A DNA stretch of 64,000 nucleotides from Acidobacteriota bacterium (GTDB taxonomy: Bacteria; Acidobacteriota; Terriglobia; Terriglobales; SCQP01), in the NCBI GenBank assembly GCA_021789895.1, contig JAJYIU010000014.1, positions 14,550-78,549 on the forward strand. The letters are read 5' to 3'. Under the pieces are notes generated by a model. That model had not been told where the DNA came from, did not search any database, and saw only the letters and a program-made list of their open reading frames with translations. Each line of letters begins with the position of its first letter. The first letter of the stretch is position 1. This document shows, piece after piece, positions 46,449 to 56,263 of this stretch. The position numbers were made by a program, and so were the translations under genes.

Positions 46449-48392
46449 ATGGCTTATGCTGTCATCGTGCATGCCCATCGCCGCTTCCTGGCCGCCGTCA
46501 TGCTGTGCGCCGCCGCCCTGCTGTGCGCCGCCGCCGCCCTGCCGCCCCGTTCGCCGCAGTACGCGCGGCTCCAGCGCCGGCTGGCGCAAGGCTGGAATAC
46601 CTGGTCCACCTACAGCGTGACGACCCAGGTGCTGCTGCCTTCCGGCTTCGCTCTGCAAACCGGTATCGAGCGGCGCAGCACCGAGTATGGCAACGCCGAT
46701 CTCTCCTCCGCCCTGATCGGCCGCCTGAGCGCCAACGCGGAGCGGGTATTTCCCGGCCCGCACGCCTACGACGGCAGCTACACCGATCTGACGCTGGCCT
46801 GGCGCGGCCTGCGCTTGCGCATTCAAAGCGCACATGCCGGCGGCGATCTGGTGATGCTGGTGACGCCGCTCGCGCGCGATCCGCGCCTGCACTTGCCGCC
46901 GGAAGTCGTCTTTTCCGCCCATATGCTCTGGCAGCGTCCCGGCCAAATCGAGAAGCGCGGCGAAACCATCGTGGCCAGGCTGCCCGGCGGCGGCGTGCGC
47001 GTTTTTCTCGCCGGCCGAGACCGCCGCGACCTGGATCTGCCCGCCGCGGGCGCCTGGTTTTCCGCGGTGCTGGACCGGCCGGTGGGCTTGAGCACCGGGC
47101 GCCCGCGCACGCTGGCGGCAATTCGCCGCATCCTGCGCCGGCAATTGCGCGCCTACCGCGCGTCGGTCGCCGGCTACGGCCGGCTCGCCCCGGTCGCCGA
47201 CGCCATCCAAACCGTCCTCGGCTGGGACACGATTTACGACCCCGGGCGCCGGCGCGTGATTTCGCCCGTCAGCCGCATCTGGAGCGTCAACTGGGGCGGT
47301 TACGTACTCTTCGATTGGGACACATTTTTCGCCGCCCGCCTCGCCGCCGTCGGCGATCGCGACCTGGCCTACGCCAACGCCGAAGCCATCTGCCGCGAAC
47401 TTACTCCCGCCGGCTTCGTCCCCAATTACGCCCGCGCGCAGGGCTGGAAAAGCAACGACCGCTCCGAACCGCCGGTGGGCGCGATGACCCTGCTCGCCCT
47501 CTATCGCCGGTTTCACGACCGCTGGCTGCTGCGCGATACTTATCCGCTGCTGCTGCGCTGGAACCGCTGGTGGGCGCGGCATCGCCAACGCGACGGTTAC
47601 CTGGTCTGGGGCAGCGACGGCGAAAACCGGCCCCGCAACCTGGACGATTCGACCGCCGGCACCCGCGCCGGCGCCATTCTAGAGTCGGGACTGGATAACA
47701 GTCCCATGTACGACACCGCCGTTTACGACGCCCGCCACCATCAACTGGAATTCGCCGACGTCGGGCTGATGAGCCTGTATATCGCCGATTGCCGCGCCCT
47801 GGCGCAGATCGCCGATCTGCTTGGCCACCCCGCCGATGCCGCCGGGCTACGCGCCGGCGCCGCCCGCTTCCGCGCCCGCCTGGCCACCCTCTGGCAGCCG
47901 CGCGCCGGCATTTTCCTGAATAAGGATTTGCACACCGGCCAATTCAGCCAGCGGCTGTCGCCGACGAATTTCTATCCCCTGCTGGCCGGCGCCGCCACCC
48001 CCGCCCAGGCCGAACGCATGGTAAGCGAGCATTTGCTGAATCCGCGCGAGTTCTGGGGACGCTGGGTCCTGCCTTCCATCGCCCGCGACGACCCTGCTTT
48101 TCGCGATCAGAACTACTGGCGCGGGCGCATCTGGGGGCCGATGAATTATCTCGTCTGGCTCGGCCTGGGCCGCTACTCCTCGCCCCTCATCGCCCGCGCC
48201 CGCCGCCGCCTGGCGCAGAAATCGCTGGCGCTGTTTCTGAAGGACTGGCTCGCCCGCGGCCATGTGCACGAAAACTACAACGCCATCACCGGCGCCGGCG
48301 ACGACGTTGGCAACAGCGACCGCTTCTATACCTGGGGCGCGCTGCTGGGCTTGATCAGCCTCGAGGACGCCCGCCCGGGCGCGGCGCCGTGA
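46449..48392 (+). CDS. (alpha/alpha)6-barrel glycoside hydrolase, GH63/MGH1/trehalase-like
   Basis: ESGLDNSPMYD and DQNYWRGRIWGPMNYLVWLGL blocks. Hydrophobic N-terminus. ATG at 46449 lies 20 nt after the TPR gene stop. The track ORF start at 46305 overlaps the TPR gene. Confidence 0.8.
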   Translation: MAYAVIVHAHRRFLAAVMLCAAALLCAAAALPPRSPQYARLQRRLAQGWNTWSTYSVTTQVLLPSGFALQTGIERRSTEYGNADLSSALIGRLSANAERVFPGPHAYDGSYTDLTLAWRGLRLRIQSAHAGGDLVMLVTPLARDPRLHLPPEVVFSAHMLWQRPGQIEKRGETIVARLPGGGVRVFLAGRDRRDLDLPAAGAWFSAVLDRPVGLSTGRPRTLAAIRRILRRQLRAYRASVAGYGRLAPVADAIQTVLGWDTIYDPGRRRVISPVSRIWSVNWGGYVLFDWDTFFAARLAAVGDRDLAYANAEAICRELTPAGFVPNYARAQGWKSNDRSEPPVGAMTLLALYRRFHDRWLLRDTYPLLLRWNRWWARHRQRDGYLVWGSDGENRPRNLDDSTAGTRAGAILESGLDNSPMYDTAVYDARHHQLEFADVGLMSLYIADCRALAQIADLLGHPADAAGLRAGAARFRARLATLWQPRAGIFLNKDLHTGQFSQRLSPTNFYPLLAGAATPAQAERMVSEHLLNPREFWGRWVLPSIARDDPAFRDQNYWRGRIWGPMNYLVWLGLGRYSSPLIARARRRLAQKSLALFLKDWLARGHVHENYNAITGAGDDVGNSDRFYTWGALLGLISLEDARPGAAP

Positions 48393-50535
48393 CCGCCGCG
48401 GCAAAAGGCAAAGCCTGCGATGAGGTCCCCACCTCGACCCGGTAGCGCCCGGCCGGGGATTTCCAGCCATGCCGCGCCGCATCGTACACCATGAAGGCGC
48501 GCGGGTTGATCGCGAGCCGCGCCGTTTTCGTCTCGCCCGGCCGCAACCGGACTTTGGCGAAGCCGCATAGCTGCCGTCCCGGCTCGCCGTTGGACGCCGG
48601 CTGGCGGCAATAGGCTTCGACCACTTCGCTGCCCGCCCGCCGGCCGGTATTGGCGACCGACACGCGGGCGGTCAAGCGCATCGTGCCGGGCCGGCGGCGC
48701 AGCCGAAAACGGCTCAGCTTGAACGTGGTGTAGGAAAGCCCGTAACCGAAGGGAAACAGCGGTTTCCGCTTTTGCGCCTCGTACCAGCGGTAGCCGGCTT
48801 CGAGTTTCTCGCTGTAATACGAATTCCCCGCGATTCCCGGCCACTGCCGCCGGCTGGCGGTCGGCACGCCGTTTTCGGTGCGCGGAAAGCTGAGCGTCAG
48901 CCGGCCCTCGGGGTTGCGGTCGCCGAACAGCACCGCAGCGATGGCGCGGCCGTCTTCCTGCCCCGGATACCAGGCTTCCAGCACCGCCCGCACCCGTCCC
49001 AGCCAGGGCATCAGCACCGGCCCGCCGGTATTGAGCACCACCACCGTGTTTGGATTGGCCGCGGCCACCGCCGCAATCAAGGCATCCTGGTTGCCGGGCA
49101 GCCGCAGGTTGGGGCGATCTGCGCCTTCGGATTCCGGCGCGCCGGCAAACACGACGGCCACCTGCGCCCCGCGCGCCGCCCGGGCCGCCGCCTGCAGGTT
49201 GCCGCCATCGGCATAGACAAGCTTGCGGCCGGCTCCGGCGCGCGACCGGATTCCCGCCAGCGGGCTGACGACGTAGGGCGGAATCACGTACGAGCTGCCG
49301 CCGCCTTCGACGACCGGCTGGCGCCCGGCATCGGCGCCGATGATGGCGATGGCGCCGGTGGCGGCGAGCGGCAGCGCGGCGCCCTGGTTTTTCAGCAGCA
49401 CCATGCCCGCTTCCGCCGCGCGCAGCGCAAAATGCGCGTCGGCGGCGGTATCCACTTTCGCCATCCAGTTGCCCGATTGCCGCCGGTCGAACAGCCCCTG
49501 GCGGAACATCACCCGCAGAATATCGAGCACGTGCGCATTCACTTCCGCCATCGTGACCGCGCCGGTTTCAACCGCGCGCTGCAGCGCCGCGCCATAGTAG
49601 CGGCTGCCCGGCATTTCCTGATCCAGTCCGGCGCGGGCCGAGGCCGCGGTCGAGTGCGTCGCTCCCCAATCGCTCATGACCCAGCCGCGAAAGCCGAGCT
49701 GGCGCCGCAAAAAAGTTTGCAGCAGCAACGGGTTCTCGCAGGAATAAATTCCGTTCGTCTTGACGTAGGCGCACATCAGCGTGCCGACCTTGCCGGCCCG
49801 GACCGCGGCGCGGAAGGGCGGCAGGTAGATTTCCTCCAGCGTGCGCTCGTCCACCACCGAGTTGGCCTTGAACCGGTTCGTTTCCTGATGCATGGTCAGG
49901 TACATGTTAGCGTCGGCGATCGGCCCGGCGCTTTCCACGCCGCGGATTTCCGCCGCCGCCATCCGCCCGTTGAAATACGGGTCTTCGCCATAGGTCTCGA
50001 AGGTGCGTCCCCATTCCGGCACCCGCACCACATCCACCGTCGGCCCGAGAAACACATTCGTGCCTTTTTCCCATTCCTCCTGGCCCAGCACCCGGCCGTA
50101 GGCGTAGAGCAGGGAAGGATCCCAACTCGAGGCCGCGCTGAGCGGCGCCGGCAGCAGCGTCGCCTGCCGCGCGCCGTTGCCCACCCCGGCGCGCCCGTCC
50201 GCCAGCCGCAATGCCGGAATGCCCAATCGCGCATTCCCGGGCACGTAGCCGACATAGCCTTTCACCGGAATCGGCTGCACGCCGTGCAGCAGCGCGATCT
50301 TTTCGGCGAGCGTCATCGCGTGAAGCAGCAGCTCGGCCCGCCGCTGCGGCGCCAGCCCGCGCCGCATCCACGGCCGCGTTGCAGGCGCGGGCGGCGGCGA
50401 AGCCGTGAACGCCGGGCGGGGCCGCGCCGCCGCCGGCTTGCGCGCATGAATCGGCTTCCGCGCCGGCGCCGGCGAAGCGGCGAACATGCCCATGCAACCG
50501 CAGAAGATTAAAGAGCAAAGCCAGGGTTTCGACAT
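48355..50535 (-). CDS. glycoside hydrolase family 3 beta-glucosidase (BglX-like), secreted
   Basis: Signal MSKPWLCSLIFCGCMGMFAASPAPA. GH3 blocks GFRGWVMSDWGA and KGPVAIV-like regions. C-terminal Fn3-like domain. The 3' end overlaps the convergent GH63-like gene by 38 nt. Confidence 0.9.
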   Translation of the reverse strand: MSKPWLCSLIFCGCMGMFAASPAPARKPIHARKPAAARPRPAFTASPPPAPATRPWMRRGLAPQRRAELLLHAMTLAEKIALLHGVQPIPVKGYVGYVPGNARLGIPALRLADGRAGVGNGARQATLLPAPLSAASSWDPSLLYAYGRVLGQEEWEKGTNVFLGPTVDVVRVPEWGRTFETYGEDPYFNGRMAAAEIRGVESAGPIADANMYLTMHQETNRFKANSVVDERTLEEIYLPPFRAAVRAGKVGTLMCAYVKTNGIYSCENPLLLQTFLRRQLGFRGWVMSDWGATHSTAASARAGLDQEMPGSRYYGAALQRAVETGAVTMAEVNAHVLDILRVMFRQGLFDRRQSGNWMAKVDTAADAHFALRAAEAGMVLLKNQGAALPLAATGAIAIIGADAGRQPVVEGGGSSYVIPPYVVSPLAGIRSRAGAGRKLVYADGGNLQAAARAARGAQVAVVFAGAPESEGADRPNLRLPGNQDALIAAVAAANPNTVVVLNTGGPVLMPWLGRVRAVLEAWYPGQEDGRAIAAVLFGDRNPEGRLTLSFPRTENGVPTASRRQWPGIAGNSYYSEKLEAGYRWYEAQKRKPLFPFGYGLSYTTFKLSRFRLRRRPGTMRLTARVSVANTGRRAGSEVVEAYCRQPASNGEPGRQLCGFAKVRLRPGETKTARLAINPRAFMVYDAARHGWKSPAGRYRVEVGTSSQALPFAAAVTAPRPGGRPRG

Positions 50536-50636
50536 CAGGGCGACTCGTTTCGGATGAAGCATTGTGATTATAATCCGGCGCCGGGCATTTCTTTGCCGCT
50601 GCCGCCGGCCAGGCGCTGGAAAAATATCTTAAAAAT

Positions 50637-51842
50637 TTAAATTTGCAGGTTTTCGAGAATACCGGCCGCGCCCATGCCGCCGCCGACGCACATCGTCACC
50701 AGGCCATAGCGCGCCCGCCGGCGGCGCAGCTCGTAGAGCATGGAAATCGCCAGCCGCGCCCCGGTGCAGCCCAATGGATGCCCCAGCGCCACCGCGCCGC
50801 CATTGACATTCACCCGCGCCGGGTCGAGCCCCGCCTGCGCGATCACCGCGATCGCCTGCACCGCAAAGGCTTCGTTCAGCTCGATCAGGTCCATTTCTTG
50901 CAGCCTGCGACCGGCGCGCTCGAGCGCCCGCGAAATCGCCGCCACCGGCCCCAGCCCCATCCTGCCAGGCTCGATGCCAGCCACGGCGTAGGCGCACAGC
51001 CGGCCCAGCGGATGCAGTTGATGCCGGCGCAGCAGCGGCTCGCTCGCCAGCAGCAGCGCCGCCGCGCCGTCGCTCATCTGCGAGGCGTTGCCGGCGGTCA
51101 CCTTGCCGCGGGCGTGAAACGCCGGCGGCAGCGCCGCCAGCGCCTCCGCCGTGGTCCCGGCGCGCGGGCATTCGTCGTGCTCCAGCCGCGCCGCGCGCCA
51201 GCCCGCCGCCGGGTGGGCCAGCGGCTCGTCCGCCGGCTGCGCCGGCAGGCGCGTTTCGACCGCCACGGTTTCTTCCCGGAAGCGTTCCGCGGCGAGGGCG
51301 GCCAAGGCGCGGCGATGGCTTTCGAGCGCGTAGGCATCCGCCGCCTCGCGCCCGATCCCGGTCTCTTCCGCCAGCCGTTCCGCGGTCAGCCCCATGCTGA
51401 GGTAGGCGTCGGGATAATGCTCCAGCAGCCAGGGATTGGGCGACGGGCGATGCCCGCCCATCGGCACCCGGCTCATGCTCTCTACCCCGCCGCCAATCGC
51501 CAGCGCCGCCCCCGCGCGCACGCGCGCATCGGCCAGCGCCAGCGCCTCGAGGCCGGAGGCGCAAAAGCGATTGACCGTCATCGCCGCCGCCTCCACCGGC
51601 AGGCCGGCGCGGAGCGCAGCCAGCCGCGCCACGTTCAAGCCCTGTTCCGCCTCCGGCATGGCGCAGCCGAGAATGACGTCTTCCAGCCCGCGCCGGGCTT
51701 CCTCGGGCGGAATTCCGCTGCGCTCCAACGCCGCCGCCAGCACCAGCGCCGCCAGCTCGTCCGGACGCGTAGCGCGCAGCGTTCCTCGCCCCGCCCGCCC
51801 CACCGGCGTTCGCGCCGCCGCAATGATATAAGCCGCGTTCAT
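50637..51842 (-). CDS. fadA: acetyl-CoA C-acyltransferase (thiolase)
   Basis: Active-site Cys in NRFCASGLEA. NVNGGAVALGHPLGCTGARL. CVGGGMGAA. Confidence 0.95.
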   Translation of the reverse strand: MNAAYIIAAARTPVGRAGRGTLRATRPDELAALVLAAALERSGIPPEEARRGLEDVILGCAMPEAEQGLNVARLAALRAGLPVEAAAMTVNRFCASGLEALALADARVRAGAALAIGGGVESMSRVPMGGHRPSPNPWLLEHYPDAYLSMGLTAERLAEETGIGREAADAYALESHRRALAALAAERFREETVAVETRLPAQPADEPLAHPAAGWRAARLEHDECPRAGTTAEALAALPPAFHARGKVTAGNASQMSDGAAALLLASEPLLRRHQLHPLGRLCAYAVAGIEPGRMGLGPVAAISRALERAGRRLQEMDLIELNEAFAVQAIAVIAQAGLDPARVNVNGGAVALGHPLGCTGARLAISMLYELRRRRARYGLVTMCVGGGMGAAGILENLQI

Positions 51843-51888
51843 AGCACTTCGCGCCCGTTGGCGCGGCCGCCGCCTGCCCGCCCCATCC

Positions 51889-54255
51889 TTAGTTGCGCAG
51901 CGGCTTGCCGGTCTTCAGCATGTGCGCGATCCGGTCGCGCGTTTGCGGTTCCCCGCAAAGCGAGAGGAAGGCTTCGCGCTCCAGCTCCAGCACCGCTTCT
52001 TCCGTCAGCCGCGCGCCTGCCGGAGCGTCGCCGCCGGCCAGCACCCGCGCCAGCGTCCGCGCCAGCCGCTCGTCGTAGGCGCCGATCCAGCCGGCTTCCC
52101 GCAGCAGATGCACGCCCAACTCCAGCCGGGCGCGCAGGGTTGCGCCCGCCGCCGGCGCCGTCTCCGCCGGCCGCGGAATCCAGCCGCGCCCGGCCAGCCG
52201 CAACGCTTCCGACTGCGCCTCCTGCAATAGCCGGTCGCGGTTGGCGACGATCGCCGCCGAACCGTCCAAAAAGCCCCATTGCCGGGCTTCCAGCGCCGAG
52301 CCGGAAACCTGGCCGCGGGCGATGATTTCAAACGCCGCCTGGAGCGCGTCTTCGTAAGCGTCAGCGGGCTTGCCCGGCCGGGCCTGGGCCGCCGCGCGCA
52401 GCATCGTTTCTTTACACCCGCCCCCGGCCGGGATCAGCCCCACGCCCAATTCCACCAGACCACAGTAAAGTTCGACGTGGGCGACGACCCGCGGCGCCGA
52501 CAGCATCAGCTCGCAGCCGCCGCCGATCGCCAAGCCGAACGGAGCCGCCACCACCGGTATCGCCGCGCGCTTCAGCGCCAGGTTCATCTGTTGAAACCGC
52601 TCCACCGCCAGCCCGATGTCGTCCCAGTTTTCCGCCTCGATTTCCAGCAACAGCAGCAACAGATTGGCGCCGGCGGAAAACTGCGCCCCCTGGTTGCCCA
52701 CCACCAAGGCGCGCAATTGCGGCGGAGGGTCGGCCAGCGCGGCGGTTACCAGCTCGACCGTTTCCGGGCCGATCGTATTCAGCTTGGAATGAAATTCCAG
52801 GCAGCCGATGCCGTCGCCAAGATCTTTGAGCGAGCAGGAAGCGTTATGCCGCAGCAGTTCGGCGCGCGCCAGCCGCGGCGCCGGCAGGCGGCGCGCGCGA
52901 TACCCATCCCGGGCCGGATCGAACACCTGCCGCCGCGGCGCCGCCTGGTACCAGGTCGCCGCGCCCGCCGCTTCCAGGCGCCGCACCGCTTCCGGCAGCG
53001 TGCGGCCGGCGCTCTTCCAATACTGGAGGGTGGCGGACAGGCCGGCGGCGTCCCAGAGCTCGAACGGGCCCAGCTCCCAGTTAAAGCCCCAGCGCAGGGC
53101 GCAATCCACCGTTTCCGGCGTCGCTTCCAGTTCGGGCAGGATGGCGGCGCAGTATAGCCACAATTCACCCAGCGAGCGCCAGAGAAACTGCCGCGCGCGG
53201 TCGTCCGCCGGCGCATCGAAGAGCAGCGCCCGCAGCCGCGCGCCCGGCTCCGTCAACGCCTCGGCGCGCGCGAGGGCCGGCAACTCCGAACGCCGGCGGG
53301 GATGGTACTGCAGCGACTTTGGATCGAGCGCCAGCACCTGGCTGCCGGCGCCCTCCGGCGCCGGCTCACGGCGGTAGAAGCCCTGGCCGGATTTTTCCCC
53401 CAGCCAGCCGCGGCGCAGCATCTCCACGATAAATCCGGGCAACTGGTAGAGCGCATCTTCGCCCGGCAGCCGCCGGCGCGCGTTCTCAACCACCTTCGCC
53501 AGCACATCCAAGCCGACCAGGTCGGCGGTGCGGAAGGTGGCCGACTTCGGCCAGCCCAGCAGCGGCCCGGTCAAGGCGTCGGCGTCTTCCAGGCTCAGCC
53601 CCAGTTCCACCGCGGCCCGGGCGGCGCGCAGGAATGAAAATGTGCCGACGCGATTCGCGATGAAGTTGGGCGTATCGCGGACGACTAACACCCCTTTGCC
53701 CAGCCTTTTTTCAGCCAGCTCCTTGATCGCCGCGGCGACTTCCGGGCCGGTATCCGCCAGCGGCGCCAGTTCGAGCAGGTGGAGATAGCGCGGCGGATTG
53801 AAAAAATGCGTGCCTAGGGCGCGCCGGCGGCGCTCCGCCGGCAGCCAGGCAAAAATTTCGGCCACCGGCAGGCCGCTGGTGTTGGTGCTGAGAATGGCGT
53901 GCGGGGCCAGATGCGGCGCGGTTTTTTCCAGCAGCGCGCGCTTGATCGCCAGCTCTTCCGCCACCGCCTCGATCACCCAATCCGCAGCGCGCAGCGCTTC
54001 CAGATCGCCGTCGAAGTTTCCCAGCGTCACCCGCCGGGCATCGCCGGCGAGATACAGCGCCGGGGGCTTGGCCGCCAGCGCCCGTTTCCAGCCGGCGCGC
54101 GCGATGGCATTGCGGTCGGGGCCCTCGGTGGGCAAATCCAGCAGCCACACCTCGGCGCCGGCGCCGGCCAGCAGCGCGGCAATCTGCGCCCCCATGGCGC
54201 CGCTGCCCAGCACCGCCGCCCGCTCCAGCCGCCAACTCGTCGTGGTTTCGCCCAA
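51889..54255 (-). CDS. bifunctional 3-hydroxyacyl-CoA dehydrogenase / enoyl-CoA hydratase (FadN-type domain order)
   Basis: N-terminal NAD Rossmann VLGSGAMGAQIAALLA. HFFNPPRY block. C-terminal crotonase region VVGNQGAQFSAGANL. 788 aa. Confidence 0.9.
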   Translation of the reverse strand: MGETTTSWRLERAAVLGSGAMGAQIAALLAGAGAEVWLLDLPTEGPDRNAIARAGWKRALAAKPPALYLAGDARRVTLGNFDGDLEALRAADWVIEAVAEELAIKRALLEKTAPHLAPHAILSTNTSGLPVAEIFAWLPAERRRRALGTHFFNPPRYLHLLELAPLADTGPEVAAAIKELAEKRLGKGVLVVRDTPNFIANRVGTFSFLRAARAAVELGLSLEDADALTGPLLGWPKSATFRTADLVGLDVLAKVVENARRRLPGEDALYQLPGFIVEMLRRGWLGEKSGQGFYRREPAPEGAGSQVLALDPKSLQYHPRRRSELPALARAEALTEPGARLRALLFDAPADDRARQFLWRSLGELWLYCAAILPELEATPETVDCALRWGFNWELGPFELWDAAGLSATLQYWKSAGRTLPEAVRRLEAAGAATWYQAAPRRQVFDPARDGYRARRLPAPRLARAELLRHNASCSLKDLGDGIGCLEFHSKLNTIGPETVELVTAALADPPPQLRALVVGNQGAQFSAGANLLLLLLEIEAENWDDIGLAVERFQQMNLALKRAAIPVVAAPFGLAIGGGCELMLSAPRVVAHVELYCGLVELGVGLIPAGGGCKETMLRAAAQARPGKPADAYEDALQAAFEIIARGQVSGSALEARQWGFLDGSAAIVANRDRLLQEAQSEALRLAGRGWIPRPAETAPAAGATLRARLELGVHLLREAGWIGAYDERLARTLARVLAGGDAPAGARLTEEAVLELEREAFLSLCGEPQTRDRIAHMLKTGKPLRN

Positions 54256-54323
54256 GATTGACCGCCGCCCCGATTATAGGCCCGGCGCGGCATCGCCGCC
54301 GGCGGCGCGGATCCCCGGCGCTT

Positions 54324-56192
54324 TCAGCTAGTGGCCGCGGCGAATTGACGTTCGTGCAATTCGGCGTACAGCCCGCCGCCGGCGAGCAGTTCGGCATGCG
54401 TGCCCTGCTCGACGATGCGGCCCTCGCGGACGACCAGGATTTTATTTGCCTTCAGAATGGTCGAAAGCCGGTGGGCGATGACCAGCGAGGTGCGGCCGGC
54501 GAGGGCGGCTTCGAAGGCGGCTTGAATGGCGGCTTCGGAGGCGGAATCGAGGTGCGCCGTGGCTTCGTCCAGGATCACCACCGCCGGCGATTTCAGCAGC
54601 ACGCGGGCGATGGCGAGCCGCTGTTTTTCGCCGCCGGAAAAACGGTAGCCGCGCTCGCCCACCAGCGTGTCCAGCCCCGCGGGCAGGGAAGCGACGAGCG
54701 GCCAGATCTGCGCCGCGCGCAGCGCCTCGATCAGCTCGGCTTCGCCGGCGCGCGGCGCGGCATACAACAGGTTGTTGCGGATGGAGTCGTGAAACAGGTG
54801 CGCATCCTGGGTGACCACTCCCATGCGCTGCCGCAGCGAGGCGAGCCGCAGCCCGCGCACATCCGCGCCGTTCAGCCGCACCGCGCCGGACTGCGCATCG
54901 TAAAGCCGCGTCGCCAGTTGGGTGATGGTGGATTTTCCCGCGCCCGAAGGGCCGACCAGCGCGACCATCTCGCCCGGTTCCACGGTGAAGCTGATCTCGT
55001 GCAACACCATCGGGGCGTGCCCCGGGTGTTGTTCCGGCGCCGGCTCCAGCGACGGCAGCGTGACCTCCGCCGCCGCCGGATAGCGGAACGAGACCCGGTC
55101 GAACTCGATCCGCACCGGCCCGGGCGGCAGTTCCGCTGCCTGCGGCGCCTCCTGAATGCCGGGCGGGAGATCGAGCACCTCGAAGACGCGCTGGAAGGAA
55201 ACCAGCGCGGTCATGACGCTGACCTGTAGGTTCGACAGCCCCATCAGCGGGGCGTAGAGGCTGCGCAGGTACGCCACCAGCGCCACCACCGTGCCCAGGT
55301 CCAGCGCCGACCGCGCCGCCAACACGCCGCCCCAGCCGTAGGCCAGCGCCGACGCCAGCGCCGCGGTCAGCATCATTGCGGTGAAAAACAGCCGTCCGTA
55401 GAGCCGCTGCCGCACGTTGATGTCGGCCACCCGCGCCGCCTTGCGCTCGAACTCGCGCGCATCCTCCTCCGGACGCCCGAAGAGTTTGGCCAGCAGCGCT
55501 CCGGCGACGTTGAAGCGCTCCACCATCAGGCCGTTCATCGTCGCGGTCAGATCGTAGCTTTCGCGCACGATGCGCTGCAGCTTGCGCCCCCAGTAGCGCG
55601 CCGGCGCGACGAACAACGGCAGCAGCACCAGCGCCGCCAGGGTGATGCGCCAGGACAGGGTAAACATCGCCCCCAGGATCAGCGCCACCGTAATCAGGTT
55701 GCCGGCGACGTTCGAGAGGATGTCGGTGAAGGCGGTCTGCGCCCCGCCGACGTCGTTATTCAGGCGGCTGACCAGCGCGCCGGTCTGGGTGCGGGTAAAA
55801 AAGGCGAGCGACATGCGCTGGATGTGCTCGAACAGCCGGCGGCGCAGCCCGAGCACGATGCGCGTGCCGATGCGCGCCGCCAGCCAGGTCTGCGCCAGCC
55901 CCAGCCCGGCGTCCAGCAGCGCCAGCCCGCCCAGCAGCAGCGCCAGGCGGAGCACCAGGGAAGCGTCGTGCGCCAGAATGCCGCGATCGATGATGGCGCG
56001 GTAGATCAGCGGGTTGACCACCCCGATCGCCGCGTCGCCGATCACGATCAACAGAAAGACCGCCAGCGGAACGCGGTAGGGCGCGGCAAAACCGAGCATG
56101 CGGCGCACCGTCCCCGGCTTTACCGACTGTTTTAGCACTGCCGGGTCCTGCCCCAGCGACCGCCAAGTGCCGAGCATGCCTGCCATTCCCAT
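54324..56192 (-). CDS. ABC exporter, fused permease/ATPase (MsbA-like type I exporter)
   Basis: Six-TM N-terminal domain. Walker A GPSGAGKST, signature FSGGEKQRLAIARVL, Walker B VILDEATAHLD. Confidence 0.9.
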   Translation of the reverse strand: MGMAGMLGTWRSLGQDPAVLKQSVKPGTVRRMLGFAAPYRVPLAVFLLIVIGDAAIGVVNPLIYRAIIDRGILAHDASLVLRLALLLGGLALLDAGLGLAQTWLAARIGTRIVLGLRRRLFEHIQRMSLAFFTRTQTGALVSRLNNDVGGAQTAFTDILSNVAGNLITVALILGAMFTLSWRITLAALVLLPLFVAPARYWGRKLQRIVRESYDLTATMNGLMVERFNVAGALLAKLFGRPEEDAREFERKAARVADINVRQRLYGRLFFTAMMLTAALASALAYGWGGVLAARSALDLGTVVALVAYLRSLYAPLMGLSNLQVSVMTALVSFQRVFEVLDLPPGIQEAPQAAELPPGPVRIEFDRVSFRYPAAAEVTLPSLEPAPEQHPGHAPMVLHEISFTVEPGEMVALVGPSGAGKSTITQLATRLYDAQSGAVRLNGADVRGLRLASLRQRMGVVTQDAHLFHDSIRNNLLYAAPRAGEAELIEALRAAQIWPLVASLPAGLDTLVGERGYRFSGGEKQRLAIARVLLKSPAVVILDEATAHLDSASEAAIQAAFEAALAGRTSLVIAHRLSTILKANKILVVREGRIVEQGTHAELLAGGGLYAELHERQFAAATS

Positions 56193-56263
56193 AGCTGGAT
56201 TTTAATGCCGCATGCGGAGGCAAAGCCGTGCGCGGATGGATGGCCTGGAAACCACCGCGGGAA

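Noticed and set aside
50643-52325. 560-aa plus-strand ORF antisense to the thiolase and fadN-like genes. Similar cases: 59309-60937 (+), 7809-9218 (-), 43832-45001 (-), 48772-50511 (+), 46386-47588 (-)
   Set aside because: Same reasoning. They are Arg/Pro/Ala-rich shadow ORFs opposite genes with clear catalytic motifs, and they have no motifs of their own.
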